Shown here piece after piece: positions 1 through 11,523 of a stretch of 64,000 bases of DNA. This DNA comes from Anthoceros angustus. Its lineage: Eukaryota > Plantae > Anthocerotophyta. Both the position numbers and the translations under genes were made by a program. The notes below the pieces were generated by a model. It was not told the origin of the DNA. It ran no database searches and saw only the letters and a program-made list of their open reading frames with translations. The DNA is taken from the NCBI GenBank assembly GCA_010909165.1, contig VJWM01000107.1, positions 1,000,708-1,064,707 of the forward strand. The letters are read 5' to 3'. Position 1 is the first letter of the stretch. Each line of letters starts with the position of its first letter.

Positions 1-579
1 TCTCCTCTTCCGGTCTCCCATACACACTAATGCTTCTGATTTGCCCAACAGGACTGGCCATTCATTTGGCCTTGTTCATTTATTGTTAGAGTGCATTTAT
101 ATACATTCTAGATTTTTGTAGTAAATTTTCTATAAATTGCCGATCGGCGATTGTCCTAGGGTATTTCCATCAATCTTTCCGAAAACATCCGATGTAAGCA
201 CGCTAGAACTACTACCTCGATCGCTAATTTCTATAGAAAAGCAGAAAACAATACAAAACATTTTCTTGATGTATATATTGTGTTCTTGATTTAATTAGTA
301 TTTCTAATCAAGAAACAGAAAAACATATACAAAATGCACATTTTCGACAAGAATTTTATGTGCATCCCTAGGATGCAACCTACATCGAAATGCTCGATAC
401 CATAACAAATGTAAGGTTGATGTAGATCAATTACCATTTAGTAATTACATATTTCATTGAGTATCAAGAAAAGAACTTAAAGTGCTTATCTTTGAAAAGA
501 CACTATCTGAAACTTAAAAGACATAATCACAGGCGGGTCGTAACCCCATTGAACGGGTACTTCTAATATATTTATTTCA
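1..579 (-). mobile_element. Possible 5' end (leader, PBS, short LTR) of an LTR retrotransposon running off the left edge
   Basis: GCTCGATACCA at 392-402, the same tRNA-iMet PBS-like word found next to the other LTRs. It is followed by TG(410)...CA(579), which contains TTTCATTGAG like the copia LTR at 4785-5030. No second LTR is in the window. Confidence 0.4.
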
Positions 580-642
580 GCCACCCTTATAATAGCATAT
601 AACACAATCTAATTCACGGATATGCTCAACACTATCCTTAAG

Positions 643-805
643 TAGGCGGGTAGGCGGGTAGGCGGGTAGGCGGGTAGGCGGCAGGCGGCAGGCGGCAGGC
701 GGTAGGCGGGTGGCGGATGGGCGGATGGGCGGATGGGCGGATGGGCTGCGGATGGGCGGATGGGCGGATGGGCGGATGGGCGGATGGGCGGATGGGCGGA
801 TGGGC
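643..805 (+). repeat. Compound G-rich microsatellite (TAGGCGGG)n-(CAGGCGG)n-(GGCGGATG)n
   Basis: Directly visible tandem 7-8-mers. They produce the PPIRPSAH pseudo-ORFs 577..978 and 609..899. Confidence 0.95.
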
Positions 806-1545
806 GAGAGGTAAATAGGAGATGGAAGTCCAAGCATAAACTCACACGCAGCCGCCAAGCACGTCGAGTTCGCAAATACGAGGTAGGTAGGTAGATCATG
901 AAATCGGCTCATAATCATGAAAGGATTGTACGATTGAGACCGCATTGAGGCGGCATCTGCACTGCGATAGGAGGTCAAATGTCCATGGCGCGAGGGACTC
1001 TATGTAGGGCAAGGTCACCAAAAGCGTGGGTAGGCACCGCGATATTCCTCTTCACCCTACACGGTGGCCTCGGATTTATGGGCATTGCCAAGAAGCGCCG
1101 TGCAGGTTAAAAACAAGCGGATGAGGGAGATGGGATGCTTGTGTTTCCCCTTAGAGTCGGCAAAGAGATGCTGCAGGGATGTCTCAACACCTCTCCACTC
1201 GTACGTGGGATACCTTTTCTTACAAATAGAGCGAGAAGTGGAGAAGCAGATCCGAACCTCAACCAACCAACCAAGAGACAGCTTGTTGGAACAAAGAGCC
1301 ATAGCTCCATACAAGAACCAGGCTTAGGGGTACAATTAAAGGCTGCTTTCTTATAGAAAGGCCTGCTTAAACCTCAAAAGTACATTGCTAATGCTATGTC
1401 CTCGTCAATTGCCAAGGTCTGCTACTGCTGGCCAAAAAGTGCATTGCATGCCCGTCAGCTACTATCTTTAGCAACCTGCCTCCATAGCGTGTACACCAAG
1501 GCCCAGGTTGAAAGGTTTAAATAGACAGCAACAATAGCATTGGAG

Positions 1546-2442
1546 CTAAAGCACATTCACGACCATATACCCAGTGATGGGGGCTCTGCAAATAGGACAC
1601 AGAGGATCCCAACTCCGTTTGTGCTGCTGAATGCACAAGTTGCAAAACATAAAATGCAAGCAAGGAAGGACGACGGTGTTCCTAGGCTTCACATAGCAGA
1701 TCAAGCACGCATTTTCTCCCGCCTCGCCTGTGTTCGACGCAACGTGTTTCCTTCGCACTCCAATCCCCAAGCCGCATCTTCCAGAGTCTTCTTGTCAACT
1801 GCAAGTTTAGATAATGCATTGTCTAGCTCATCGTCATTGTCCCTTCAATTCGCTCACTTTGTATAGCCGCTTTGCAAGTTGGTATTCTCCTCCTCCAACC
1901 TTTGCAATCTCGAAGCAAGTCTCTCCGCACGCCTCCTCCTCCCGCTCAATCGCTCCCGTTGTGCTCACGCCTTCTCCGCTCTTCTGGATTGCTTTGAGCT
2001 TACCGAGGCCCCGCTTCTTCCTTGATGTGGCACTCCCCTTTGTCTCTTTTTCTTTTCGTAACACCGCTCCTTATAGTTTCTTCAGATCTAAATACAATTT
2101 CTTTTTGCTCCGCAAGGGCATTCATCAGCTCATCGTTGGACAGATCGCCAAGTCCGCGATTCTCTCACTGCGTTCACGCCCTATGCGCTCGTTGCGAATG
2201 ATTTGGAGCGAGTCCTTGCACCTCCTCAATGTGAACTCTTGATCAACGAGCCCATCCAACCGCTTATGCCTCTCGGCATGTGGCAATTCACCGATCTCCC
2301 TCTTCCTCTTTTGGTTCGCCATATCCGCCAACCTGACAACGTTTTCCTGCTCCTCGAGCCTCTCTTCCAGCTCTTTGTCGGGCAACACCTTCAAGTCCAT
2401 AACTAGCCTGGCCTCCGGATCCCTACACTTCCTCTTTGCCAT
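1546..2442 (-). CDS. Coiled-coil protein with C-terminal RING-HC (C3HC4) finger, putative E3 ubiquitin ligase; frameshifted in this consensus
   Basis: ATG at 2442 (MAKRKCRDPEARL...). ORF pieces 2125..2451, 1834..2064 and 1546..1770 are collinear. The C-terminus CLICYVKPRNTVVLPCLHFMFCNLC...CPICRAPI is a canonical C3HC4 RING of the IAP/LOG2-like type. TATATA lies ~130 bp upstream on the - strand. Confidence 0.75.
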
Positions 2443-2564
2443 TAGTGGCAACTCTGATGACCGAGGTAAGTACCAAATCTAGGCACGAGGCCTAAGGAAG
2501 GCTGAAGAGGATATCGATGCTAACGCAGATTGAATACGCAAGACGGAAAATGGAACAGGATGCT

Positions 2565-2580
2565 AACCCATATATAGGCA
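2565..2580 (-). promoter_or_regulatory. TATA-box candidate for the RING-HC gene
   Basis: Minus strand TGCCTATATATGGG ~130 bp upstream of ATG 2442. It is retained in the copies at ~3778 and ~19150. Confidence 0.4.
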
Positions 2581-2694
2581 AGAGGGAACTAAGATACAAG
2601 AGGATACATAAATTGGTGTGTACGACCCTGCATATATAGTATCGACTTTACATATTCTCGGAAATCATTAACTCGGGCCTTGGGGGATGTGGAG

Positions 2695-2875
2695 ATTGCT
2701 GGAACTTGGGGGCAACTGTACATGTTACGAGATGACGGGATGAAGCCATCAGTGCGATTGTGATTGGTTGCCCCGGCCTCAAAGCCTTGAATTAGAACAA
2801 TCTGAATGTCCTCATAGCTATGCATCTCTGGAAACTTATGGTGAACAAGGGAGCAAGCTTTGAGATCGGAAATTA
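2695..2875 (+). pseudogene. Possible Cys-containing LRR (FBXL-type) gene remnant, divergent from the RING-HC gene
   Basis: Manual translation across one frameshift gives LLELGGNCTCYEMT/DEAISAIVIGCPGLKALN, matching LxLxxCxxxTDxxLxxIxxxCPxLxxLxL. Confidence 0.3.
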
Positions 2876-2879
2876 TATG

Positions 2880-4784
2880 ACATGACTCACGCAGCTTTGG
2901 CGCATCCTTCCCAATGGAAGTGCTCCTTGACTTTGGCATATGTCTTGTCAATGCCCTGGTGACCCGAAATGGGTGAATCATGCATGTCATGCAGGATGGC
3001 CTGTTCACCTCAAGTGTTGAAGGGATGACCGTCTCCTTCGATACACACAAATCACGGAGGGAATCGCTAGGTAAGTCTTTGTAGGGACCCCTGTCTGTCA
3101 CATCGTCAATACTGTATCTGATTAACAAGAGGCCCAGGTCATGGGGAATTCCATCCGGACTAACTAGATTGTTTGGGACTGCATTCTCATGAGGGTGCAG
3201 GCACGCCGACTCAAGGCATCTGCAACCACATTAGTTGAGCCTGACACATACTGGATCTCCAGGTGGTAGTCTGAGCCGCCATTCATCGCCGAGCATTCAA
3301 GTTGGTGAGAAGAAATCTTTGCGAGGGTGGTGACATGTGTGACACACCACTTTCTGTCCCAGGAGGTAATGTCGCCATACTTTCAGGGCATGTGTAATGG
3401 CCGCATTTCCTTATCATGTATCGGATAGTTTAGTGTCCTTGCACCTCCTCAATGTGAACTCTTGATCAACGAGCCCATCCAACCGCTTATGCCTCTCGGC
3501 ATGTGGCAATTCACCGATCTCCCTCTTCCTCTTTTGGTTCGCCATATCCGCCAACGACAACGTCCGCCTCGAGCCTCTCTTGACTCTTAGTGGCAACACT
3601 TCAAGTCCATAACTAGCCCGGCCTCCGGATCCCTACACTTCCTCTTTGCCATTAGTGGCAACTCGATGGCAGTGAAGTACCAAATCTAGGCACGAGGCCT
3701 AAGGAAGGTCAAGAGGATATCGATGCTAACGCAGATTGAATACGCAAGGCGGAAAATGGAGCAGGATGCTAACCCATATATAGGCAAGAGGGAACTAAGA
3801 TACAAGAGGATACATAAATTGGTGTGTGCATATATAGTATCGACTTTACATATTCTAAATCATTAACTTTCGGGCCTTGGGGATGTGGAGATTGGTCGGA
3901 ACTTGGGGCAAACATGTTACATATTACGAGATGACGGGATGAAGCCATCAGTCACATTGTGATTGGTTGCCCGGCCTCAAAGCCTTGAATTAGAACAATC
4001 AATGTCCTCATAGCTATGCATCTCAAAACTTATGGTGAACAAGGGAGCAAGCTTTGAGATCTATATCTGACTCACATGGCTAGCGCATCCTTCCCAATGG
4101 AAGTGCTCCTTGACTTTGGCATATGTCTTGTCAATGCCCTGGTGACCCGAAATGGGTGAATCATGCATGTCATGCAGGATGGCCTGTTTCACCTCCGTGA
4201 GCTGTGAAGGGATGACCAGTCTCCCCTTTCGATACACACAACCGTCCTGGAGGGAATACTGCTAGGTAAGTGCTGTAGGGACCCCTGTCTGTGCATCTGT
4301 CAATAGCTGTCTGTACAGTTGCAACAAGACTGGGTCATGGGGAATTCCATCCCGGACTAACTAGATTGTTTGGCGCATTCTCAGAGGGTGCGTCACGCCC
4401 GACTCAAGGCATCTGCAACCACATTAGTTGAGCCGACACATACCGGATCTCCAGTGGTAGTCGCGAGCTTGACCATCGTCATGCCGAGCATTCAAGTTGA
4501 GAGAGAAGAATCGCGGTGGTGACATGTGTGACACACCACTTCTGTCGAGAGGTAATGTCGCCATACTTTCGTGGCATGTGTAATGGCCAGCATTTCCTTA
4601 TCATGTCGGATAGTTTAGCTCCTTGCAACCCCTTTCGTGGCGATTGCCCTCCCTTCTTTGGGACAAAGCCTCCCTATGGCATATCCGATGCATCCTGTGG
4701 ATGGTGTATGGCATGTGAGGATGCCACCGGCGATCGGAGCCGAGCCAAGGGGCCGTGCTCAAAAGTTGCTGACGGCCTCGGCTC
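2880..4784 (-). pseudogene. pol: Gypsy A RNase H and N-terminal integrase (partly duplicated, frameshifted)
   Basis: The reading frame IQLGA|EAVSNF continues across the copia insertion into RNase H motifs. The His-His part of the integrase zinc finger is at ~2950 and ~4150. Confidence 0.8.
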
Positions 4785-5030
4785 AAGGATCGTATGGCGA
4801 CCCATGATGGTGGAAAGAGGAGAGGAGGAGGCAAGTGTAACTCTCTCATTGAGATGAGGCTTGGAGGGTATTTATACCCTCCGCTCCTAGGAAGCTCCAC
4901 AAGAAGCCCCTAGGAAGGAGCACAAGAAGCTTCCTAGTGATTAGCTTCACCTAAACTAATGATACTTAATCGACACCTAACTTAGACTAAGTGTATTAGT
5001 CTAAGTACATTGAGCTTTAATACCCTTACA
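4785..5030 (-). repeat. 3' LTR of copia 1
   Basis: Direct repeat of 11275-11523; adjacent PPT AGTGGGAGGT. Confidence 0.9.
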
Positions 5031-5089
5031 ACCTCCCACTTAAAGGCCAATTTACCTTCGTAGAAGAATGGACTACCTCATGCCCATCG

Positions 5090-8000
5090 ATGTCCGAGCT
5101 TGTGCAAATTGCTCGTAGAGTCCCTTGGTAAGAATATCTGCGGGGTTCGGTGTGAACCTTGACAAGTTGTACCCTCTTGTCATCCAACACCTCTCGAATG
5201 AAGTGATACTTCACATCCACATGTTTAGTCTTAGCATGAAACACTGGATTCTTTGCCAATTGGATAGCACTGGCTATCACAATGCAACAAGCGACTCAAC
5301 CTTGATCCCCAAGTCTCCCACTAAGCAGCAAGCCATATGGCTTCCTTGCAAGCCTCGATTCTTTGCAACATACTCGGCCTCTGTGGTAGATAGCGTAATG
5401 CACGCAAACGAGATCGCCATGAGATCGCCCTCCAAAGGCACGTGAAGACATAACGATGTGGACCTCCTTTTGTCCATATCCCGCATAATCATCATGTACC
5501 CAACCACATGCATCTTCACTACCAAAACATATGCACAAAGCTTTTGTACCATTCGGATACCTCATAACTCCTTTTCGCCTCCCAATGCTTCTTGCGGGGT
5601 TTGACATAAACACGCTAACCACTCCGCAAAGGCAATGTCGGGGCGTGTAGCAATCATTGCATACATCAAACTCCCTACGGTGATGAGTATGGGACCTTCT
5701 CCATTTCGACTTTGTCCTCCTCGAGCTTGGGCAATCCGGCAGAAAGTTTCACATATGGAGGCAATGGGTACCCAATGGCTTCCCTTCTCCATGTTGAAGC
5801 GTTGAAGCACCACGTTAATGTATTGCGAGACAAATAAAGCGACGCTTATGTCATTACGAATCGCATGCCAAGTATATGGCTCGCCTCTCCCAAGTCTGTC
5901 ATTTCAAAGTGAGCATTCAACTTTGACTTCAACGAAATCTCATCGATCTGTTCCAATTAGCATATCATCCACATAGAGGATCAAAATGAGCAAGCTTTGA
6001 TCCTTAGCTTGCTTTATAGAGGCAATGATCCTCATCGCTTCGTTTGTAGCCTTGAGAAAGCATAAATGAGTGGAACTTGTGATACCACTCTCTGGTGCTG
6101 TTTCAAACCATAAAGGCTCTTCCTCAACACTGCACGATGCTCTTTGCCCTTCTCAACAAAACCTTTGGTTCTTTGCATGTAGACGTCCTCTTGAAGGTCA
6201 CCATGCAAGAATGCCGTCTTGACATCCATCATACAAGTTCCATATCATTCCCGCAACCAAAGCAAGAACACATCGCAAAGTTGTCATTTTGACTACCGGT
6301 GAGAAAATCTCATCAAAGTCAATGCCTGGTTGTTGCTTGAAACCCTTAGCAACCAATCGTGCCTTGTACTTTGGTTTGCCATCAAGCGGTATGACCTTCA
6401 TCTTGTACACCCATTTGCGGTAGTGCCTTCTTATCCTAAACAGCAACCAACTCCCAAGTTTGGTTCTTATGCAATTCATTGCATGGCCTTCTCCCACTTC
6501 TCTTTGTTACTCATTGACATGGCCTCTTTGTAAGAAGAGGGTTCCCCACAATCTGTCGGTAACATAATCCGAGATGGATCATACATCGAGGTCGTGTAAT
6601 CTGCGACCTCGACCCACGAGCACCTCTATAGGTGCTTGTTCGACTCTTGGTTCATCTACGGTGGAGGAATGTGCTCTGCACATTACCACGGTTATCAACG
6701 CCCATGATGATCATGTCCATCTTCTTGGAAGATCACCCTTCGCACCTCCACGGTTGGAGTAGGCTTCCTGTGCATCTTGTTCTCATTGAAGAACACGTCG
6801 TTAGTCTGAACAACCTTTCTAGCTTGGATCCCACAAAGCGGTATCCCATCTCACGGAATCACCATAGCCAAGAAAAATACATTTCTTGGACTTAGGTGCC
6901 AACTTGTCCCGAAACTCTTTTGGAACATGGCGGTATGCCTCACGGCCAAACACTCGCAGATGCTTGTAGGATGGTTTCTTTCGGACCATAGCTCCTCTGG
7001 AACTGCTCATCAATGACCTTATTAGGAGATCATTAATAAGATGAATGAGATGCTTACGCCCAAAACCCATTAGGCAATCGAGTTTGACAACAAACTCGCA
7101 TCCTCTCGAATGGTTACATTCATCCGCTCACACCATTTTGTGGAGGAGTATCTGGTGATCAATTCTCTTTTGATTCCTTGGAATCACAGAATGACGAAAG
7201 CTTTGAAACATACTCTCCACCATTATCGTCCTTAGACACTTCAATCGGTGGATGATTCTCTACAAGGGTGACAAATTTACGAAACCGTCGAACTTCATCC
7301 TTTTTCCTCAAAGGATAAACCCACACCTTGCGTGAGAAATCATCTATGAAAGTGACAAAATAGGAGGCACCGCCTAATGATGCGATGCATAGGTCCACAT
7401 ACATCACGTGAACCAACTCAAGAGGTTTACTCCTACTTTTACCTCTTGTTCGATGTGATGATTTTGTCATTTCCCATATAAAGTGCTCACACATCGAGAT
7501 CGAGAAGTTAAACAGGATATAACGAGCGAGATAAAACCTTCATTCCCTTGAGACATATGTCCTAAGCAATGCCACAAGGAAACATTTGGTCTGTCACGAT
7601 CACATGATCTTTGGATGTTTACAAGTGAGTACAAAGTGCCACACTTGATCCACGAGCTAACACAAGAGAACCTTTGGAGATCTTCCAAGAGTGATCCCCA
7701 AAACCGGTGGTAACGGCGTCATGCATCACGCCTAACGTCCTTGATGAATGAAGATCCGTTGTCAAACTTGAGTTGCACATCACCTCGCTGCGATCGGCAT
7801 GCATAGTTATTTCCAAGCCTAACGCATCCTTTCCTTGTAGCATCATACGTGCTAAACCACTCTCTATGAGGAGTAACATGGAAAGATGCACCAGAATCAA
7901 TTATCCAATTGCAGAATAAATGACTATCCACTACTAATTGTGCAAGATTCAAGTAAGAAGAGATAAGGACATCTCCGTCCTCACGAGTTTAACTCTTCCA

Positions 8001-9745
8001 ACTTGAGAAGTCGCCTTCTTGTCGTCTGCTTCTTCTCTTTTCCTTGGTCCTTTTGAACTTCTCGCACTCTCTTTTGAAGTGACCCCTTTTGTGACAATAG
8101 TGACACTCCACATTCTTATTACGACTACGAGATTTGCTACGAGAAAAGCTTCTCCGGTTGCTTCCCCTTGGAATCACGGAATGGCTGAAAGCTTTAAACA
8201 TACTCCACCATTATCGTCCTTAGACACTTCAATCGGTGGATTCTCTACAAGGGTGACAAATTTACGAAACTCGAACTTCATCCTTTTTCCTCAAAGGATA
8301 AACCCACACCTTGCGTGAGAAATCATCTATGAAAGTGACAAAATAGGAGGCACCGCCTAATGATGCGGTAAGGCATAGGTCCACATACATCACTGTGAAC
8401 CAACTCAAGAGGTTTACTCCTACTTTTACCTCTTGTTCGATGTGATGATTTTGTCTGTTTCCCATATAAACAGTGCTCACACATCGAGAGATCAGAGAAG
8501 TTAAACAGGATATAACCAGACTGAGATAAAACCTTCATTCCCTTGAGACATATGTCCTAAGCAATGCCACAAGGAAACATTTGGTGCTCTGTCACACGAT
8601 CACATGATCTTTGGATGTTTACAGAAGTGAGTACAAAGTGCCACACTTGATCCACGAGCTAACACAAGAGAACCTTTGGAGATCTTCCAAGAGTGATCCC
8701 CAAAACCGGTGGTAAGATCATCTGTATCATGCTAACGTCCTTGACATGAATGAAGATCCGTTGTCAAACTTGAGTTGCACATCACCTCGCTGCGATCGCA
8801 TGCGTAGTTATTTCCAAGCCTAACGCATCCTTTCCTTGTAGCATCATACGTGCTAAACCACTCTATGAGGAGTAACATGGAAAGATGCACGAGTCAATTA
8901 TCCAATTGCAGAATAAATGACTATCCACTTGTGCGGATTCAAGTAAGAAGAGATAAGGACATCTCCGTCCTCAGCAGTTTAACTCTTCCAACTGACAGTC
9001 GCCTTCTTGTCGTCTGCTTCTTCTCTTTTCCTTGGTCCTTTTGAACTTCTCACTCTCTTTTGAAGTGACCCCTTTTGTGACAATAGTGACACTCCACATT
9101 CTTATTACGAGATTTGCTACGAGAAAAGCTTCTGTCCGGTTGCTTCCCCTTCGCAGTGGACCTCCCTCTCACTATGAGGGCACTTTGGAACCTTTGGAAG
9201 GTTCCATGTTTTTCCTGTTCACCTCCTCAGTTAACAGGCTACCTTCTACATTTACAATGGTAAGACCACTAGGAGTACTCGAGTCTGCGAAGGTGTCCCA
9301 ACTCTCGTAATGTGACCAACAAAACATAGCTCTCACGGAATCAGAATGTGATACCTTGAGATGAGATGGCTGAAAATGGTATTGAAATCATTCGGATGAT
9401 CGGACATCCTCGTCCCTTCCTTCATCTTCAAGTCCACCAAGTTTCAACCAATACACGAAGCCGCACTTTGCTTCTCATCTGAGTCACACCACCCCATCCG
9501 TAACTCGTGGTCTTATCTTTCACATTGAAGTACACTTTTTGACAATGTTAGCATGATAGTAGATCTAGCAAGCTCATCCAGTCCGCCACTCATCACATGT
9601 GTCATACTATACGGTTTGGCCTAACAACTTTATGGGCTTGATCCGCTCGCACTAGAACATTATACACTTGTTCTTTCCGAGCGGAAGTTAGTACCATCTA
9701 ACTTCTCGATATTGAACATGACGTTTTCGATGATGAAGACATCAT
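5090..9745 (-). pseudogene. pol: Copia 1 gag-pol polyprotein (frameshifted)
   Basis: MFNIEKLDGTN (gag start ~9720), CHYCHKRGHFKREC knuckle, WIIDSGASFHVTP protease, GASYFVTFIDDFSRKVWVY integrase, YKARLVAKGFKQ, LYGLKQ, LYVDDMLI (~5960), NPVFHAKTKHVDVKYHFIRE RNase H. Confidence 0.92.
7176..9150. repeat. ~1-kb tandem duplication inside copia 1 (IN core to gag knuckle)
   Basis: 7176-8169 is similar to 8165-9150; the junction runs through CCTT. Confidence 0.85.
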
Positions 9746-9944
9746 GACTCAAAAATCGATCTGAGAGAAAACACTCGACTCGCCTTGTCGGAAAAGTCAA
9801 AGAAGAAAATCACCGTGCGGCCCGTGTATTTTGCGTTATTTCCACCGATATTCGAATATTTCGGCAAATTTTACGCTTGTCGTGACGACCGCGCTGCGCT
9901 CGCGATGCTGGCAGCGTCACGGCGATCTTTGCGCTGCGGCTGCG

Positions 9945-11095
9945 GCTGCCAGCCACCCGCGCGCGCCACGCCGCGCCACCGCGCCAGCGCCACCGCCGCG
10001 CCCGCAGCGCCGCCGCGCGCACGGCCACGCCACGCGCGCACGCGCGTCTGCAACCACGGCCGCGCCCGCCCAGCGCACCGCGCTGCAACCCACAGCCGCG
10101 CCACCGGCGCACCGCGTGCCGCAGCCCGCAACCCGCGCCACCTTGGCGCTGCCGCCACGGCTGCAACCACAGCCGCGCTGCGCAGCGCCCGCGCCCGCGT
10201 GCAACGCCACGCGCCCGCCAGCGCCACCGCCCGTCTGCAGCCACACCACGCTGCGCAGCGGCGCACCGCTGCAGCCACGGCCGCGCCCGCGCGGCGCACC
10301 GCGCGCTGCAACCCACCAGCCGCGCGCACCGCGCACCGCGCGCGCACGCGGCCGCGCCACGCGGCGCACCGCGCTGCGCCACGGCCGCGCGCACCGCGCC
10401 ACGCGGCGCACAGCATGCAACGCTACCGCGCCACGCGGCGCACAGCTGGCAGCCCACGCGCCCGCGCCACGCGGCGCACCGCGCGCGCCGCCACGGCCGC
10501 CAGCGGCGCCGCCGCGCGTGCAGCCGCGCCACGCCACGCGCGCACCGCGTGCTGCAGCCGGCCGCGCAGCAGCGCACCGCTGCGTGCAGCCCGGCCGCGC
10601 CACGCGCGCACCGCTGCGTGCAGCCACAGCCGCGCCCACAGCGCCGCGCCCGCAGCGCCGCGCCGCAGCGCCACCGCGCCCGCAGCCGCGCGCCCGCAGC
10701 GCCGCCGCGCCACGGCCGCGCGCCAGCGCCACCGCGCCACAGCCGCGCCACAGCCGCGCCACGGCCCGCGCCACCGCGCCACAGCCGCGCGCCCGCGCCA
10801 CCGCCGCGCGCCACGCCGCGCCACCGCGCCACAGCCGCGCCACAGCCGCGCCTGCAGCCACGGCCGCGCGCTGCAGCCCGCAGCGCCGCGCGCTGCGCCA
10901 CGCGCCCGCGCACCGCGCGCCACGCGGCGCCGCGCCACGCGGCGCGCGCCGCGCGGCGCCGCGCCCGCGCGGCGCCGCCGCGCGCCCGCGCGCGCGCGCC
11001 ACGCGGCCGCGCGCTGCAGCCGCGCCACCGCGCGGCGCCGCGCGCCACGCGGCGCCGCGCCCGCGCCACCCGCGGCGCGCGTCCGCCGGCCTCCA
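9945..11095. repeat. Extremely GC-rich low-complexity tandem region in the 5' leader of copia 1
   Basis: ~1.15 kb of GCGCCAC/GCAGCC/CACGGCC words with almost no T on +. It lies between the PBS and the gag start. Confidence 0.9.
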
Positions 11096-11274
11096 CGGCC
11101 AGGCCTACATGACGGCGGCTACGTTGTGCCGAGCTTGCGGCTCGCCCGCTCACGGCTGCTGCGGCGTTCGCAGCCCTCGCGCGATGTGGATCACCGCAAA
11201 TTAACCGCGCTCGCCATCCACTGCAACTAGAAAATTCTAGCATCACAACACAACTGGACCAAGGCTCGATGCGG

Positions 11275-11523
11275 TTGAAGGATCGATGTGGCACCCATGA
11301 TGGTGGAAAGAGGAGAGGAGGAGGAGGCAAGTAACTCTCTCATTGAGATGAGGCTTTGAGGTATTTATACCCTCCAGGCTCCCTAAGCTCCACAAGAAGC
11401 CCCTAGGAAGGAGCATAAGAAGCTCCTAGTGATTAGCTTAAGTACAAACTAATGATACTTAACTGACACCTAACTTAGACTAAGTGTATTAGTCTAAGTA
11501 CATTGGGCTTTAGTACCCTTACA
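11275..11523 (-). repeat. 5' LTR of copia 1
   Basis: Direct repeat of 4785-5030, followed by TSD GGCTC. Confidence 0.9.

Larger units (their letters stand above)
2213..4627. repeat. ~1.2-kb direct tandem duplication (2213-3435 / 3436-4627) spanning the host-gypsy junction
   Basis: Near-identical copies joined through the microhomology TCCTTGCA at 2213, 3436 and 4620. Confidence 0.85.
4785..11523 (-). mobile_element. Ty1/copia LTR retrotransposon 1 (Tnt1-like), nested in gypsy A at the RT/RNase H junction
   Basis: LTRs ~4785-5030 and ~11275-11523 (~250 bp, both ending TACCCTTACA on +). PPT 5031-5040, degenerate PBS ~11258-11272, TSD GGCTC at 4780-4784 and 11524-11528. Domain order gag-PR-IN-RT-RH. 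Confidence 0.92.

Noticed and set aside
138-160. GCCGATCGGC palindrome followed by CTAG as a Helitron 3' end
   Set aside because: Hairpin too short, not followed by T, no matching 5' end, and it lies in a probable LTR-element leader.
577-978. PPIRPSAH-repeat ORFs
   Set aside because: Translations of the G-rich microsatellite.
2200-2400. Resemblance of the coiled-coil repeat to ribosomal protein uL29
   Set aside because: Only generic helical-hairpin, charge-pattern similarity by eye; not supportable without a profile search.
2589-3128. 179-aa ORF as a host gene
   Set aside because: Chimeric: off-frame gypsy RH/IN sequence fused to the antisense of host sequence.
9785-11330. Long overlapping Ala/Arg/Pro-rich ORFs (up to 506 aa) in several frames
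   Set aside because: Stop-free only because the region is hyper-GC low complexity; no domain signal.
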